A stretch of 64,000 nt of DNA from Bacteroidales bacterium (GTDB taxonomy: Bacteria > Bacteroidota > Bacteroidia > Bacteroidales > UBA1715): contig JAITUU010000055.1 of NCBI GenBank assembly GCA_031286165.1, positions 404 through 64,403 on the forward strand, in the 5' to 3' direction. Below, one piece after another: positions 1-8,026 of the stretch. The translations under genes and the position numbers were made by a program. The notes beneath the pieces are model-generated. The model had not been told where the DNA came from, ran no database searches, and saw nothing but the letters and a program-made list of their open reading frames with translations. Position 1 is the first letter of the stretch. The number at the start of each line of letters is the position of its first letter.

Positions 1-378
1 TTAGCGATTTGAAAGAATTGCATACACCGAAAGGTTCACCGGAGTAGTGCCGGTGTTGGTAAAATTCAGTTCTATGAGCGAAGAATTGGCAGGAATTGAA
101 TCTTCCACAAATTTGTAGGCAGCATCTTCTACCACGTAATTACCGTTGAATGTGAATAACACCACATCGGTATTGTCGGGCAAAATTTCCACCCCGCCTA
201 CTTTTATGCCGCACTGCACGTATGTTATATCGTTGCCTTGCTGCGGTATAATCACCACACCGTCTATGTGCGAAAAATCATTGCGTAATTGCTCGCTAAC
301 ACTTTGAATTACTTTTTCTTCGGGATTGCCCGAAGAGGCTGGTAAGGTAACGGTGATTTTTTGGTATGTTTTTTTCAT
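1..378 (-). CDS. Hypothetical beta-rich protein (125 aa), last visible gene of the structural-like operon
   Basis: Complete ORF (ATG at 378, TAA at 1-3), 3 nt downstream of the preceding gene. The composition is rich in V/T/N/I. No recognisable motif. Confidence 0.45.
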   Translation of the reverse strand: MKKTYQKITVTLPASSGNPEEKVIQSVSEQLRNDFSHIDGVVIIPQQGNDITYVQCGIKVGGVEILPDNTDVVLFTFNGNYVVEDAAYKFVEDSIPANSSLIELNFTNTGTTPVNLSVYAILSNR

Positions 379-381
379 GGC

Positions 382-1248
382 TTATATTTTTTTGTAAAGG
401 AAGGTAAAGGCTAAATCAATGGTATTTACCGCATTGCCGTCTATCATAATGGTGGAGTACGCATTGCGGTTGAAACGGTCGGTGTAGTAGAGTTTTAAAA
501 AAAGGTTGCGTTTTGTTTCTTCGGAAAAGAACCACACGCAGTTTTTCCACGCTATGGTATTGGTGGCGCACAAGGGCAAAACGTCCATTTTTGGCATAAA
601 AATTTCAGTATCGGCTCCATATACGTCCACAAGTATATTCGATTGCAATAACGAAGGTATATACGTAGTGGGGAAAGAGAATAGTTTGCCGTCAGTTTCG
701 CGGCTGTACGTAGGAAAAATAAAAAATCCGAGTGGTGATTTATCGAACTGCACGCCTATTTCTTGTTGTGGCGGTGCAAGTATGGGTTGTAATTTTTGAG
801 GTGCTGGGTTTACTATGGTAGGGTTTTCACTGCGCAGGCGCAAAAGTTTTGTTTCCATAAAGGTAACGCCGCTGTAATTGCGGTCGGCTTCGTTGTCGCT
901 TTCTGCCATTGTTTTTGTATCATATACAAACACTATGTTTACGTCATTATCGCGCACACCGCTTATTTTTACCTGTGAATTATTCACGTCCATACCCACG
1001 CGCAATGCTACTTTGCGCCAATCTATATAGTGCCTGCGGTCGAGTGTTTCGGTGCAAAACGGCAACATAATCATGTTGCGGCATATTACGGTGTTATTCA
1101 CCGCAATAGATATACAATCTGGTACAGAACCGCAAGAGAACATTCCGCCATTTTTATTTTCAAAGAAAATGTAGCGAAGACTTTTTGCTTCGAGCGGTGT
1201 GTTGCTTACTATTTCGGTAGAACTTGACGGTATGCTTTGGAAAAACAT
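382..1248 (-). CDS. Hypothetical beta-rich protein (~288 aa); speculative double jelly-roll-type capsid candidate
   Basis: ATG at 1248 is preferred over the tracked TTG at 1299. The protein has two beta-strand-rich halves of similar size. It sits in an operon with small membrane proteins. The capsid assignment is inference only. Confidence 0.35.
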   Translation of the reverse strand: MFFQSIPSSSTEIVSNTPLEAKSLRYIFFENKNGGMFSCGSVPDCISIAVNNTVICRNMIMLPFCTETLDRRHYIDWRKVALRVGMDVNNSQVKISGVRDNDVNIVFVYDTKTMAESDNEADRNYSGVTFMETKLLRLRSENPTIVNPAPQKLQPILAPPQQEIGVQFDKSPLGFFIFPTYSRETDGKLFSFPTTYIPSLLQSNILVDVYGADTEIFMPKMDVLPLCATNTIAWKNCVWFFSEETKRNLFLKLYYTDRFNRNAYSTIMIDGNAVNTIDLAFTFLYKKI

Positions 1249-1331
1249 AATGCGGTAGATTTTTGAGTGTTTGTTTTTGAAAAGTAAGTAGCGCAGCAAG
1301 CGAAAAACTTGCTACGCTACTATGTGTGCAT

Positions 1332-1880
1332 TTATGCACGCACGGTCATAACTCCGTGTAATTCAAGACGCGCGGCAACTAAGCCTGCACAACCTGCGCT
1401 GAGATACAATTTTGCATCAATCGGGGCTGACGGTACAATCAATTTTGGGCAATCGAGCGCAAAATAGTTGTTCCATTTTGCAGTTGTGCCGGTTACGAAA
1501 CGTCCATTGCTCATGCGTGGCAAAATCGGTTTGCCGCTCACGTTAATTTCTATTTCGCCGTTGGCTACATTTTTGTTTAACTGTCCCGAAAAATCGGCTT
1601 CGGCAACATTTCCACCGGCTGTAATAGTTGCCGTGCGCAAACGAACGCCTGTAAGCAACATATAGTTGCCTTGTTCCAATTTACCTGCGTTTACATTGGT
1701 AAGTCCGGTCGATTGTACATCGCTTGCGAGTACCATATCTACGCTGGTGTTCGATTTCAAATCTTTTGTGAAGTATATTACTTCGTCCACAAGGGTTATT
1801 TGTCCTGCATTATATGCTGCCGCCATTGCAGATGGCAATAAAGGTAGTGCTTTTGTTTCAAAAATGTTTTTTGTTTCCAT
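1332..1880 (-). CDS. Hypothetical beta-rich protein (182 aa); speculative jelly-roll capsid/vertex candidate
   Basis: Clean ORF with no TM segments and alternating hydrophobic patterns typical of a beta sandwich. The functional call rests on context only. Confidence 0.35.
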   Translation of the reverse strand: METKNIFETKALPLLPSAMAAAYNAGQITLVDEVIYFTKDLKSNTSVDMVLASDVQSTGLTNVNAGKLEQGNYMLLTGVRLRTATITAGGNVAEADFSGQLNKNVANGEIEINVSGKPILPRMSNGRFVTGTTAKWNNYFALDCPKLIVPSAPIDAKLYLSAGCAGLVAARLELHGVMTVRA

Positions 1881-1919
1881 AATAGTAATTTTTTTATTTT
1901 GTTTTGATTTTTTTGTTTG

Positions 1920-2453
1920 TTACAGAATATTTGCATATCCTACACCGCTCACCGGTTGTTGTGTCAATGAGGGGTCAATAGATGCCTCGAAAGAAGTAGG
2001 TATGCCGGGTACATCTCGCACGGCAGTGTCCCACGCGCCTATACCCGGTAGGGCTGGTAATTGTGGTGATGCACCTACGGTTACATCTTCGTCTTCGGCT
2101 GCGCCGAGTGCTACGATAGATTTACCGGCGGCAGCATTTACCAAACCTACACCACCGGCGAGGGCTGCGCCAAAGCCTATATTGGCTATGTGTTGATTTT
2201 TGCTCAGCATGATTGCTGCTACACCGGCGGCGGTGGCAATCAATGGCGAAGTGAATTTACTTGTTGCTCCGTCCAAACCTAAAAGGTCGGTGCCGGAAAC
2301 TACATCTTTTTTCTCCACAAATTTTTTGATTTGCGAGCCAATCACCATACCAACCATAGCCTCGCCCGCAACGAGGGCTACGCTTGTCAATGATGACGCT
2401 TTTTTTGAATTTGTGCCGCGCGAAGTGCGGCGGCTTGTTTTGCGTTTTTTCAT
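1920..2453 (-). CDS. Membrane protein with a strongly basic N-terminus and Gly/Ala-rich TM segments
   Basis: N-terminus MKKRKTSRRTSRGTNSKK, followed by hydrophobic G/A-rich stretches (VALVAGEAMVGMVIG, AAGVAAIML, GFGAALAGGVGLV). Confidence 0.5.
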   Translation of the reverse strand: MKKRKTSRRTSRGTNSKKASSLTSVALVAGEAMVGMVIGSQIKKFVEKKDVVSGTDLLGLDGATSKFTSPLIATAAGVAAIMLSKNQHIANIGFGAALAGGVGLVNAAAGKSIVALGAAEDEDVTVGASPQLPALPGIGAWDTAVRDVPGIPTSFEASIDPSLTQQPVSGVGYANIL

Positions 2454-2459
2454 AGTTAA

Positions 2460-3020
2460 TTATATTAAAGAGATTGCTTTTACTTTTGTTTGAGTGCGGC
2501 GTGCGGCACCTTTTTTGCGCGAGTTTCGGCGTTTACGCGAAACTCCTGCAAGTCCGAGTGAAGATAGTGCTGTGGCGGTGGTTGGTTTCTTTTTCGTCAT
2601 TTTATAAATGCCGATGCCGAGTAAACTTACACCAACAACAATAGCACCACCTATTTTCACCTTTTTTTTCATGTCGTCTGTTAGTGTCATAGTGTTTGTT
2701 GTATTAGAATTATTTGTATTAATAGTTGCAGTAGTCGGTGTGGTGGCTACGTGTGTTTGTGCTATGGTTTTGGGTGCTGCTACCACGCTTTCTTTGAGGT
2801 ATTTATTTGCCACCCACCCTGTTTGCGAATTGTAACTCACTCTGCGCCATACCGTACCCTCGCTGTCGGTTTGGGTTTCTTGCGGCGGCACGGTAATCAT
2901 AATAGGAGCACTTGTAACCTGCGCGTAATTCGGAATAGTACACAAAACGCTTGCCGTGCTGTTTGCACCGCTGCGCAGGTTGAGTGCTCCCGAAGATAGT
3001 GTTACGGTATATGTTGCCAT
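2460..3020 (-). CDS. SH3b-like domain protein with a TM helix and basic C-terminal tail
   Basis: The N-terminal LNLRSGANSTASVLCTIPNYAQV...WRRVSYNSQTGWVANKYL resembles a bacterial SH3 domain. Also has a T/N-rich linker, a TM segment IGGAIVVGVSLLGIGIY and an RKRRNSRKKGAARR tail. Confidence 0.55.
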   Translation of the reverse strand: MATYTVTLSSGALNLRSGANSTASVLCTIPNYAQVTSAPIMITVPPQETQTDSEGTVWRRVSYNSQTGWVANKYLKESVVAAPKTIAQTHVATTPTTATINTNNSNTTNTMTLTDDMKKKVKIGGAIVVGVSLLGIGIYKMTKKKPTTATALSSLGLAGVSRKRRNSRKKGAARRTQTKVKAISLI

Positions 3021-3024
3021 GTTG

Positions 3025-3414
3025 TTATTTTTTTAGTGCTATTACTGCTATTAGTCCCAATACAGCCACCCCACCGCATATACCAACTGTTAAAAGTGTG
3101 TTTTTTCTTTGCGCTTGTTGTTGTTGTAACAACTGCTGCTGCAATGAAACGGTGTTTGTATTGCTTGTGGTGGTCGGTGTGGTGGTTTGTGTATTGGTTT
3201 GTAGAGTTGGCGGTGTTATTGTTACCATATTTTTTACGGCTTCCACAGTACCACTACCTACTTTTTTGAAAAAATTGCCTACTTTTTGAAAAAATTCGCC
3301 GTTCAAACTTTGGTAGTATTCTTCGCCATTAATGCCCATAACGCGGATGAGTTCCATACCGTTGTGGTAAATGGCGTTATTATCGGCGGTTCCGTTTAAA
3401 TATTGCAGTTTCAT
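3025..3414 (-). CDS. Small protein with a T/Q-rich linker and C-terminal TM anchor
   Basis: C-terminal LLTVGICGGVAVLGLIAVIALKK. Packed tightly between neighbouring genes. Confidence 0.5.
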   Translation of the reverse strand: MKLQYLNGTADNNAIYHNGMELIRVMGINGEEYYQSLNGEFFQKVGNFFKKVGSGTVEAVKNMVTITPPTLQTNTQTTTPTTTSNTNTVSLQQQLLQQQQAQRKNTLLTVGICGGVAVLGLIAVIALKK

Positions 3415-3416
3415 GA

Positions 3417-5588
3417 TTATAGTCCTATTAACGATTGAGGTTGTTTTTTGGGTTTGAGGGCATATACGAGCAATCCGAGTGCGCCGAGTGTGCCAACTGC
3501 GATACCTACTTTTGCGCCGATGCTTAATCCTTGTGCTGCCGGTACCGAATTGTTTGCTACATAGTTCACATATTCATTTTCTGCGAGTTCGGGGTGTTCG
3601 GCTATAAAAGCCTGCCCTTCGGGAGTAGTCATGTACGAAGGGTCGGCAGTAATTTGATTGATAAAATGCTTCTCGTCTTCGGGCATGGAAGTAAACCATT
3701 CTTGATTTGCGTAATCTGCCGACTGTGCTTGTACGGCTGTTGCTCGTGTGTTAGCCTCAATTATATCGTTTGCAGTATCATGTTCTATGGCTGCTTTTTC
3801 GCTTTCTTTTTTTGCGGCAGAGCGTTGCGCAAGGGCTGCACCAAAAGTTGCCAAGCCACCTACTAACCCAATAATAGAAATAATTACCGGCGTTGCTGCG
3901 GTGGTGGCGGCTGCGGCTACTACTACGCCGAGTGCGCCTAAGCCTTGCACGGCTTGTTCCACTTCTTTTTGTATGGTTACAATGTCGGCATTGGTGCCGT
4001 TCGGGTCAAATTCGGCACCTTGTGCAATGAGTTCTTGTTTATCTGCCTCTACATCGGCATCAATTTCGACTTGTTCTTGCGGAGAGAGCGAGGCACTTGC
4101 CTGTTCCATTTCGGCTTTTGAGTAGGTTTCGCTACCCTGCCATTTTTTCTTAGCACCTTTGCGAATTGCGGCTTCGAGTTTGGCGCGTTTGCCCATAAGT
4201 CGGTCGGCATAGAGTTTGGCAACTTTTTCAAATTTCTCTTTTGCTTTTGCTATTTGTTCGGGGGTGTATCCTGCGTTGGCTGCCTCTTGCGGTTCTATTG
4301 CAGGGAAGAGTTTTAAAGCCATTTTAAACATATTCAAGCGCATGGCAATGAGCACACCTGCTTTGGCGGCTAACGAAAGCGGATTGAAACGAATAATTGC
4401 TTTTACTACTTTTTTTGCAACATTTGCAACGGTTTTTACTACTTTTTTCACTGCTTTGCCGGTGGCTTTTGCTGCGGCTTTCACTGCTTTGCCGGTTTTT
4501 TGCGCCACTTTTTTGGTAGCAGTTGCTACTTTTTTTACCGCTTTTTTTAGTTTTTCTTTCACCTTACCTTTACCGGCAAGTCCCATGCAGTCGCTCAAAC
4601 CTGCAAGTCCGAGCAAGAATTGTTCGTAGCGGTCTTCGCTGATGTGCGCTCCTTCGAGTAAATTGAGTGCGTGATTGCGCGTTGCGGAATTGTTGTAATT
4701 GGCTATAATGTAGCCGAGTGCAGCCACTGCTATTTGCGCATCTTCGGGGGTATCGAAATATTCCGCAGGGGACGAAGATATGGCACTTCGTACCCCCTCG
4801 AAATATTCTTTTACACTCGGTTCGCTGGTGGTGTTTTCTACAAGCGGTAAACCTTGCAGGACATAATTGATAGTAGTTTCGTGTTCTGGTGTGCTGCCAA
4901 GTCCTTGTAGCATATCGGCTGTGGTGGCACTCACTTGTGTTATTGTTTTTTCTTCGGGTTGTTCGGGGCTAAGTCCTTCGGGCGTGGTGTCGCTTGTGGC
5001 GGTAATGGTAGGTTTTACGCGCACTTTACGCATTTTTGCTATGGCACTGCGGCGGTTGTGCAGTTTTTTTGCAAGCAAACCGCTTTGCACAGCGTGTTTG
5101 AGGTCGCGAGTTTCGGGAGTAAGTGCGGCGTTGGCATTGAGGTCGCGAATGTGAGAAAAAAATCCTGCTTTTTTCTCGCGTAAGCCACACAAAGCGTGCG
5201 TATCTTCGTCTATGCTAATGGCTCCAACGCGCATAAGGCGTTCTTCTTCTGCGGCGGCATTGTTAAGTGCTTCTTCGCGGTTGGCAGTGTCCCAATGCTG
5301 AATTACATAGCCAAGCATATCTACCAAATCCGCCGGATTTTGATAGCCTGCTACGGCAATGGGGGTACGTTCGGCTATGGTTTTTGTACGCACAAGATGA
5401 TTGAGCAACTGTTCTTCATCTTCCACAGAACCGTTACCCTCAAAACCTGCAAAATCAAGTCCTTTGAGAACGGTGTCAATATCGTTGCTTACTCTGTGTG
5501 CAGCAATAGCACGGTGTGCCATAGTAGTATAATGTGGCGCAGCACTGCGAAAACCGTCTAAAAATTGTATGTCAATTCCTTGTATCAT
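3417..5588 (-). CDS. Large membrane-associated protein (723 aa) with a duplicated N-terminal module, a Lys/Ala-rich histone-H1-like segment and two TM regions
   Basis: ATG at 5588 overlaps the upstream stop (ATGA). Contains KKAVKKVATATKKVAQKTGKAVKAAAKATGKAVKKVVK. TM stretches are GALGVVVAAAATTAATPVIISIIGLVGGLATFGAAL and IGAKVGIAVGTLGALGLLVYAL. Confidence 0.5.
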   Translation of the reverse strand: MIQGIDIQFLDGFRSAAPHYTTMAHRAIAAHRVSNDIDTVLKGLDFAGFEGNGSVEDEEQLLNHLVRTKTIAERTPIAVAGYQNPADLVDMLGYVIQHWDTANREEALNNAAAEEERLMRVGAISIDEDTHALCGLREKKAGFFSHIRDLNANAALTPETRDLKHAVQSGLLAKKLHNRRSAIAKMRKVRVKPTITATSDTTPEGLSPEQPEEKTITQVSATTADMLQGLGSTPEHETTINYVLQGLPLVENTTSEPSVKEYFEGVRSAISSSPAEYFDTPEDAQIAVAALGYIIANYNNSATRNHALNLLEGAHISEDRYEQFLLGLAGLSDCMGLAGKGKVKEKLKKAVKKVATATKKVAQKTGKAVKAAAKATGKAVKKVVKTVANVAKKVVKAIIRFNPLSLAAKAGVLIAMRLNMFKMALKLFPAIEPQEAANAGYTPEQIAKAKEKFEKVAKLYADRLMGKRAKLEAAIRKGAKKKWQGSETYSKAEMEQASASLSPQEQVEIDADVEADKQELIAQGAEFDPNGTNADIVTIQKEVEQAVQGLGALGVVVAAAATTAATPVIISIIGLVGGLATFGAALAQRSAAKKESEKAAIEHDTANDIIEANTRATAVQAQSADYANQEWFTSMPEDEKHFINQITADPSYMTTPEGQAFIAEHPELAENEYVNYVANNSVPAAQGLSIGAKVGIAVGTLGALGLLVYALKPKKQPQSLIGL

Positions 5589-6661
5589 GCGAAATCTTTG
5601 TGTTTTGAGGTTGGTTTTTCGTAAAAGCAGGCATCTACCACCGGGTCGCACACGAGTTCTACGCCATTGTGAGGTACCACCACATACACGTGTTGGTAGT
5701 TTTCTTTGCCATTGTAAGCCGCTATGCGAAAAAAATAGGGAATATTCAAATTTTCCAACAGAGAAGCAATAAGAGTGCTAAAACAATCGCAATCGCCTTT
5801 TCTGTCATACAAGGTGCGGAGCGGACGGCGCACTTGTTCGGTAGTGGCACTGTCGGGAACGTACTGAATGTAGTTATACACAAAATCGAAAATCGCCTGC
5901 AAGGTTTTTTCAACGGTAGATTTTTTCAACTGACGAGCAAGCATGGCAGTATCGGCTTTGCATTTTTTTGCAATTTGCTGCATAAAAATTACGGTATCTT
6001 CTACCGAGCCGTTGGGAATACATATTAGGTCGCGGTTTTTTAGTGCCGATTTGAGCGGAATAAATTTTTCGTAATCGGCAAAGGGTTTTATTTTGCGCAA
6101 ACTTGCTGCTACAAGCCCTAAGCCACTCATACTTGCCCGTGTGTGATTTTGAGCATTTACCTGTTTTTCTTCGCCGAGTGCAATTTTATTGATAGAAAAT
6201 ACAACACTATCATTGTAGGTACAAGTAACGTTGAGCGTAATATCGGTCAAAAGAGTATTGAAATCACCACCGGTAATAATATTATTGATAGCCGAGCCTG
6301 CTACTGCAATAAGGGAGGTGAGCGAAAGCACTAAATCTATGCCGGTAATGGTAGTAGTAGCGTATTTTTGTATGGTAGCACTTGCGGTGGTAGGGTTGGT
6401 AATACCCATTGACTTGCCTTTATAGAACACTTCTACGGCGTTCACACCTACTTTCATAGTTTGGTCGGTGCGGTTGCCTATTGCTACTGCAAGGGGGATT
6501 TTTACTTCGGTAAGCGAAATTTTTATGCTTTTGAGGTTGCCGTTGAGTTTTGGTGAAAACGAAAGTAGTTTTGCAAAATTGGCAAGTTGGGTAATTTTCA
6601 GAATACCGAAAATTGCGCCAATACCGAAAAGTCCGAGTAAAATTTTGTGTTCGTTTTGCAT
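5585..6661 (-). CDS. Membrane-anchored transglutaminase-like (Cys-His-Asp) peptidase-fold protein
   Basis: N-terminal TM segment ILLGLFGIGAIFGILKI. The C-terminal GDCDCFSTLIASLL...YQHVYVVV...VCDPV matches the transglutaminase-core pattern. Confidence 0.6.
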   Translation of the reverse strand: MQNEHKILLGLFGIGAIFGILKITQLANFAKLLSFSPKLNGNLKSIKISLTEVKIPLAVAIGNRTDQTMKVGVNAVEVFYKGKSMGITNPTTASATIQKYATTTITGIDLVLSLTSLIAVAGSAINNIITGGDFNTLLTDITLNVTCTYNDSVVFSINKIALGEEKQVNAQNHTRASMSGLGLVAASLRKIKPFADYEKFIPLKSALKNRDLICIPNGSVEDTVIFMQQIAKKCKADTAMLARQLKKSTVEKTLQAIFDFVYNYIQYVPDSATTEQVRRPLRTLYDRKGDCDCFSTLIASLLENLNIPYFFRIAAYNGKENYQHVYVVVPHNGVELVCDPVVDACFYEKPTSKHKDFA

Positions 6662-6700
6662 TTCGTACTACGTTTGCTATTTTTTTGCAATAGTACGAAA
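6661..6700 (-). promoter_or_regulatory. 5'-leader stem-loop abutting the start codon of the 358-aa gene
   Basis: TTTCGTACTA (6661-6670) and TAGTACGAAA (6691-6700) are perfect reverse complements: a 10-bp stem with a 20-nt loop. In the mRNA the 3' arm ends at the A of the AUG. Confidence 0.55.
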
Positions 6701-6720
6701 GTCAATTTTTGAAATGTCCC

Positions 6721-6785
6721 GATAGGGAACGATAGGGAACGATAGGGAACGATAAGGGACGATAAGGGACGATAAGGGACGATAG
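6721..6785. repeat. Six phased 10-bp direct repeats (GATAGGGAAC x3, GATAAGGGAC x3) plus a partial seventh
   Basis: Read directly. They lie 60-125 bp upstream of the first gene of the structural-like operon (start at 6661). Confidence 0.9.
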
Positions 6786-6790
6786 GTTGG

Positions 6791-7105
6791 TTATTTATAC
6801 CCACTCAAAGTTGCCGCCGGAGCAATTCGGTGTATCCATACCATATCATTGAATACGGTGTATAATATAGTTTCACTTTTATAATTTATTCTGCGTACAA
6901 ATTCTCCATGTTGTAACACAGAGCGCGGTATGGTAATAACGGCAAATGAAAGAGGGTAGAATTGGAGGCGTTCTATTTCTTTTAGTAATCCAACGAGATA
7001 TTTTTCAGCAGTGCGCGGAGCATGATAGGTGTAAAATATTCTATCGAATACTTTTATTAAATCCGTTCTCGCTTGTTGCGAATATTCAATTTTATACTGC
7101 TTCAT
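6791..7105 (-). CDS. parE: Type II toxin, ParE/RelE family
   Basis: 104 aa; MKQYKIEYSQQARTDLIKVFDRI...AEKYL..LLKEIERLQFYP is the typical ParE layout. Overlaps a small upstream partner gene. Confidence 0.7.
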   Translation of the reverse strand: MKQYKIEYSQQARTDLIKVFDRIFYTYHAPRTAEKYLVGLLKEIERLQFYPLSFAVITIPRSVLQHGEFVRRINYKSETILYTVFNDMVWIHRIAPAATLSGYK

Positions 7106-7304
7106 TTATGGGAAACTTACAATTTGTACCATAATGGTCGTTAAACTTCTTTTCCAACATTGACCACACTTCGCTATGCGAATATGAAGTTTCGCCCAAA
7201 GAGGAAGGGGGAAGAAAGGTTACAACTCTTTTGTGTTGCAAATCCTGTACTAATTTCACTCCGGCAGGGCGCGAAACGTCTATTTCTACTACTACTGTAC
7301 TCAT
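7092..7304 (-). CDS. Putative cognate antitoxin (70 aa)
   Basis: Small ORF overlapping the ParE-like start by 14 nt. Called from operon position only. Confidence 0.45.
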   Translation of the reverse strand: MSTVVVEIDVSRPAGVKLVQDLQHKRVVTFLPPSSLGETSYSHSEVWSMLEKKFNDHYGTNCKFPINEAV

Positions 7305-7403
7305 GGTTCTGTAATTTAATGGTATCTTTTCGCAAATATACTACATTTTTTATGCAAAAATTTGCAATTTCCTTTTTCTCTAATTTTTTTCATTTTCCTG
7401 TTA

Positions 7404-7628
7404 TTATAAAAGTTCAAACTCATACACCCAAACGTATCATCAATACCCATATTTGTTATACGGAATTTGAAAAACACAAACACCTTTAATAGACTTTGCG
7501 TGAAAGTAACTCATATACGTAGGTGTATGGTCAAAAAATAGCGACTTTTTTACCGGTTCTAATCTTCGGCAGGAAAGTTTGCATTGCTTATTTTCGCAGC
7601 GGCTTATGTCGTTTGATAAATATTCCAT
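7404..7628 (-). pseudogene. Decayed partial tandem duplicate of the adjacent ASCH gene (62-aa ORF + TGA TGA + YVWVYEFELL)
   Basis: The ORF contains RCENKQCK (compare KCENECK in the ASCH gene). After two in-frame TGA codons (7437-7442), the same frame encodes YVWVYEFELL*, which matches the ASCH C-terminus PYVWVYEFRLLKE. Confidence 0.35.
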
Positions 7629-7633
7629 TTTCC

Positions 7634-8026
7634 TTATTCTTTTAAAAGTCTAAACTCATACACCCAAACGTAGGGGTTGCTTTGCCATGTGCCAGAGCCA
7701 TAAATACTATCAAACAATTTTGAGAATGCCTTATATAGCAGTATATATGCAGGGTCTATACCCTCACTTACGCACTCGTGAGGTCTTATATCTTTCACCC
7801 TCTCGCAACGCACATCGGTAATTTCAACGAGGTGTGTTTCGTCTATTTGGCAAATTTCGCCGCCGAAATACTTCGGTTTACACTCGTTCTCACATTTGCG
7901 TATTCGGCAAAATTCCGCATTTCGTTCAAGGCATGGAATAAAATTTCTTATTATCCGCCGTGTCTGTGTTTTTCTACCCTCTATTACCGCTCGTAACAGT
8001 TCGGGTGTGAATTTTAGTTTTTTCAT
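7634..8026 (-). CDS. ASCH-domain-like protein
   Basis: The N-terminal MKKLKFTPELLRAVIEGRKTQTRR pattern is typical of ASCH domains. Start overlaps the upstream stop (ATGA). Confidence 0.6.
   Translation of the reverse strand: MKKLKFTPELLRAVIEGRKTQTRRIIRNFIPCLERNAEFCRIRKCENECKPKYFGGEICQIDETHLVEITDVRCERVKDIRPHECVSEGIDPAYILLYKAFSKLFDSIYGSGTWQSNPYVWVYEFRLLKE

Noticed and set aside
6721-6785. The short tandem repeats (10-mers here, heptad arrays elsewhere) considered as a CRISPR array
   Set aside because: The repeats are contiguous with no unique spacers, the units are only 7-12 bp, and no cas genes are present.
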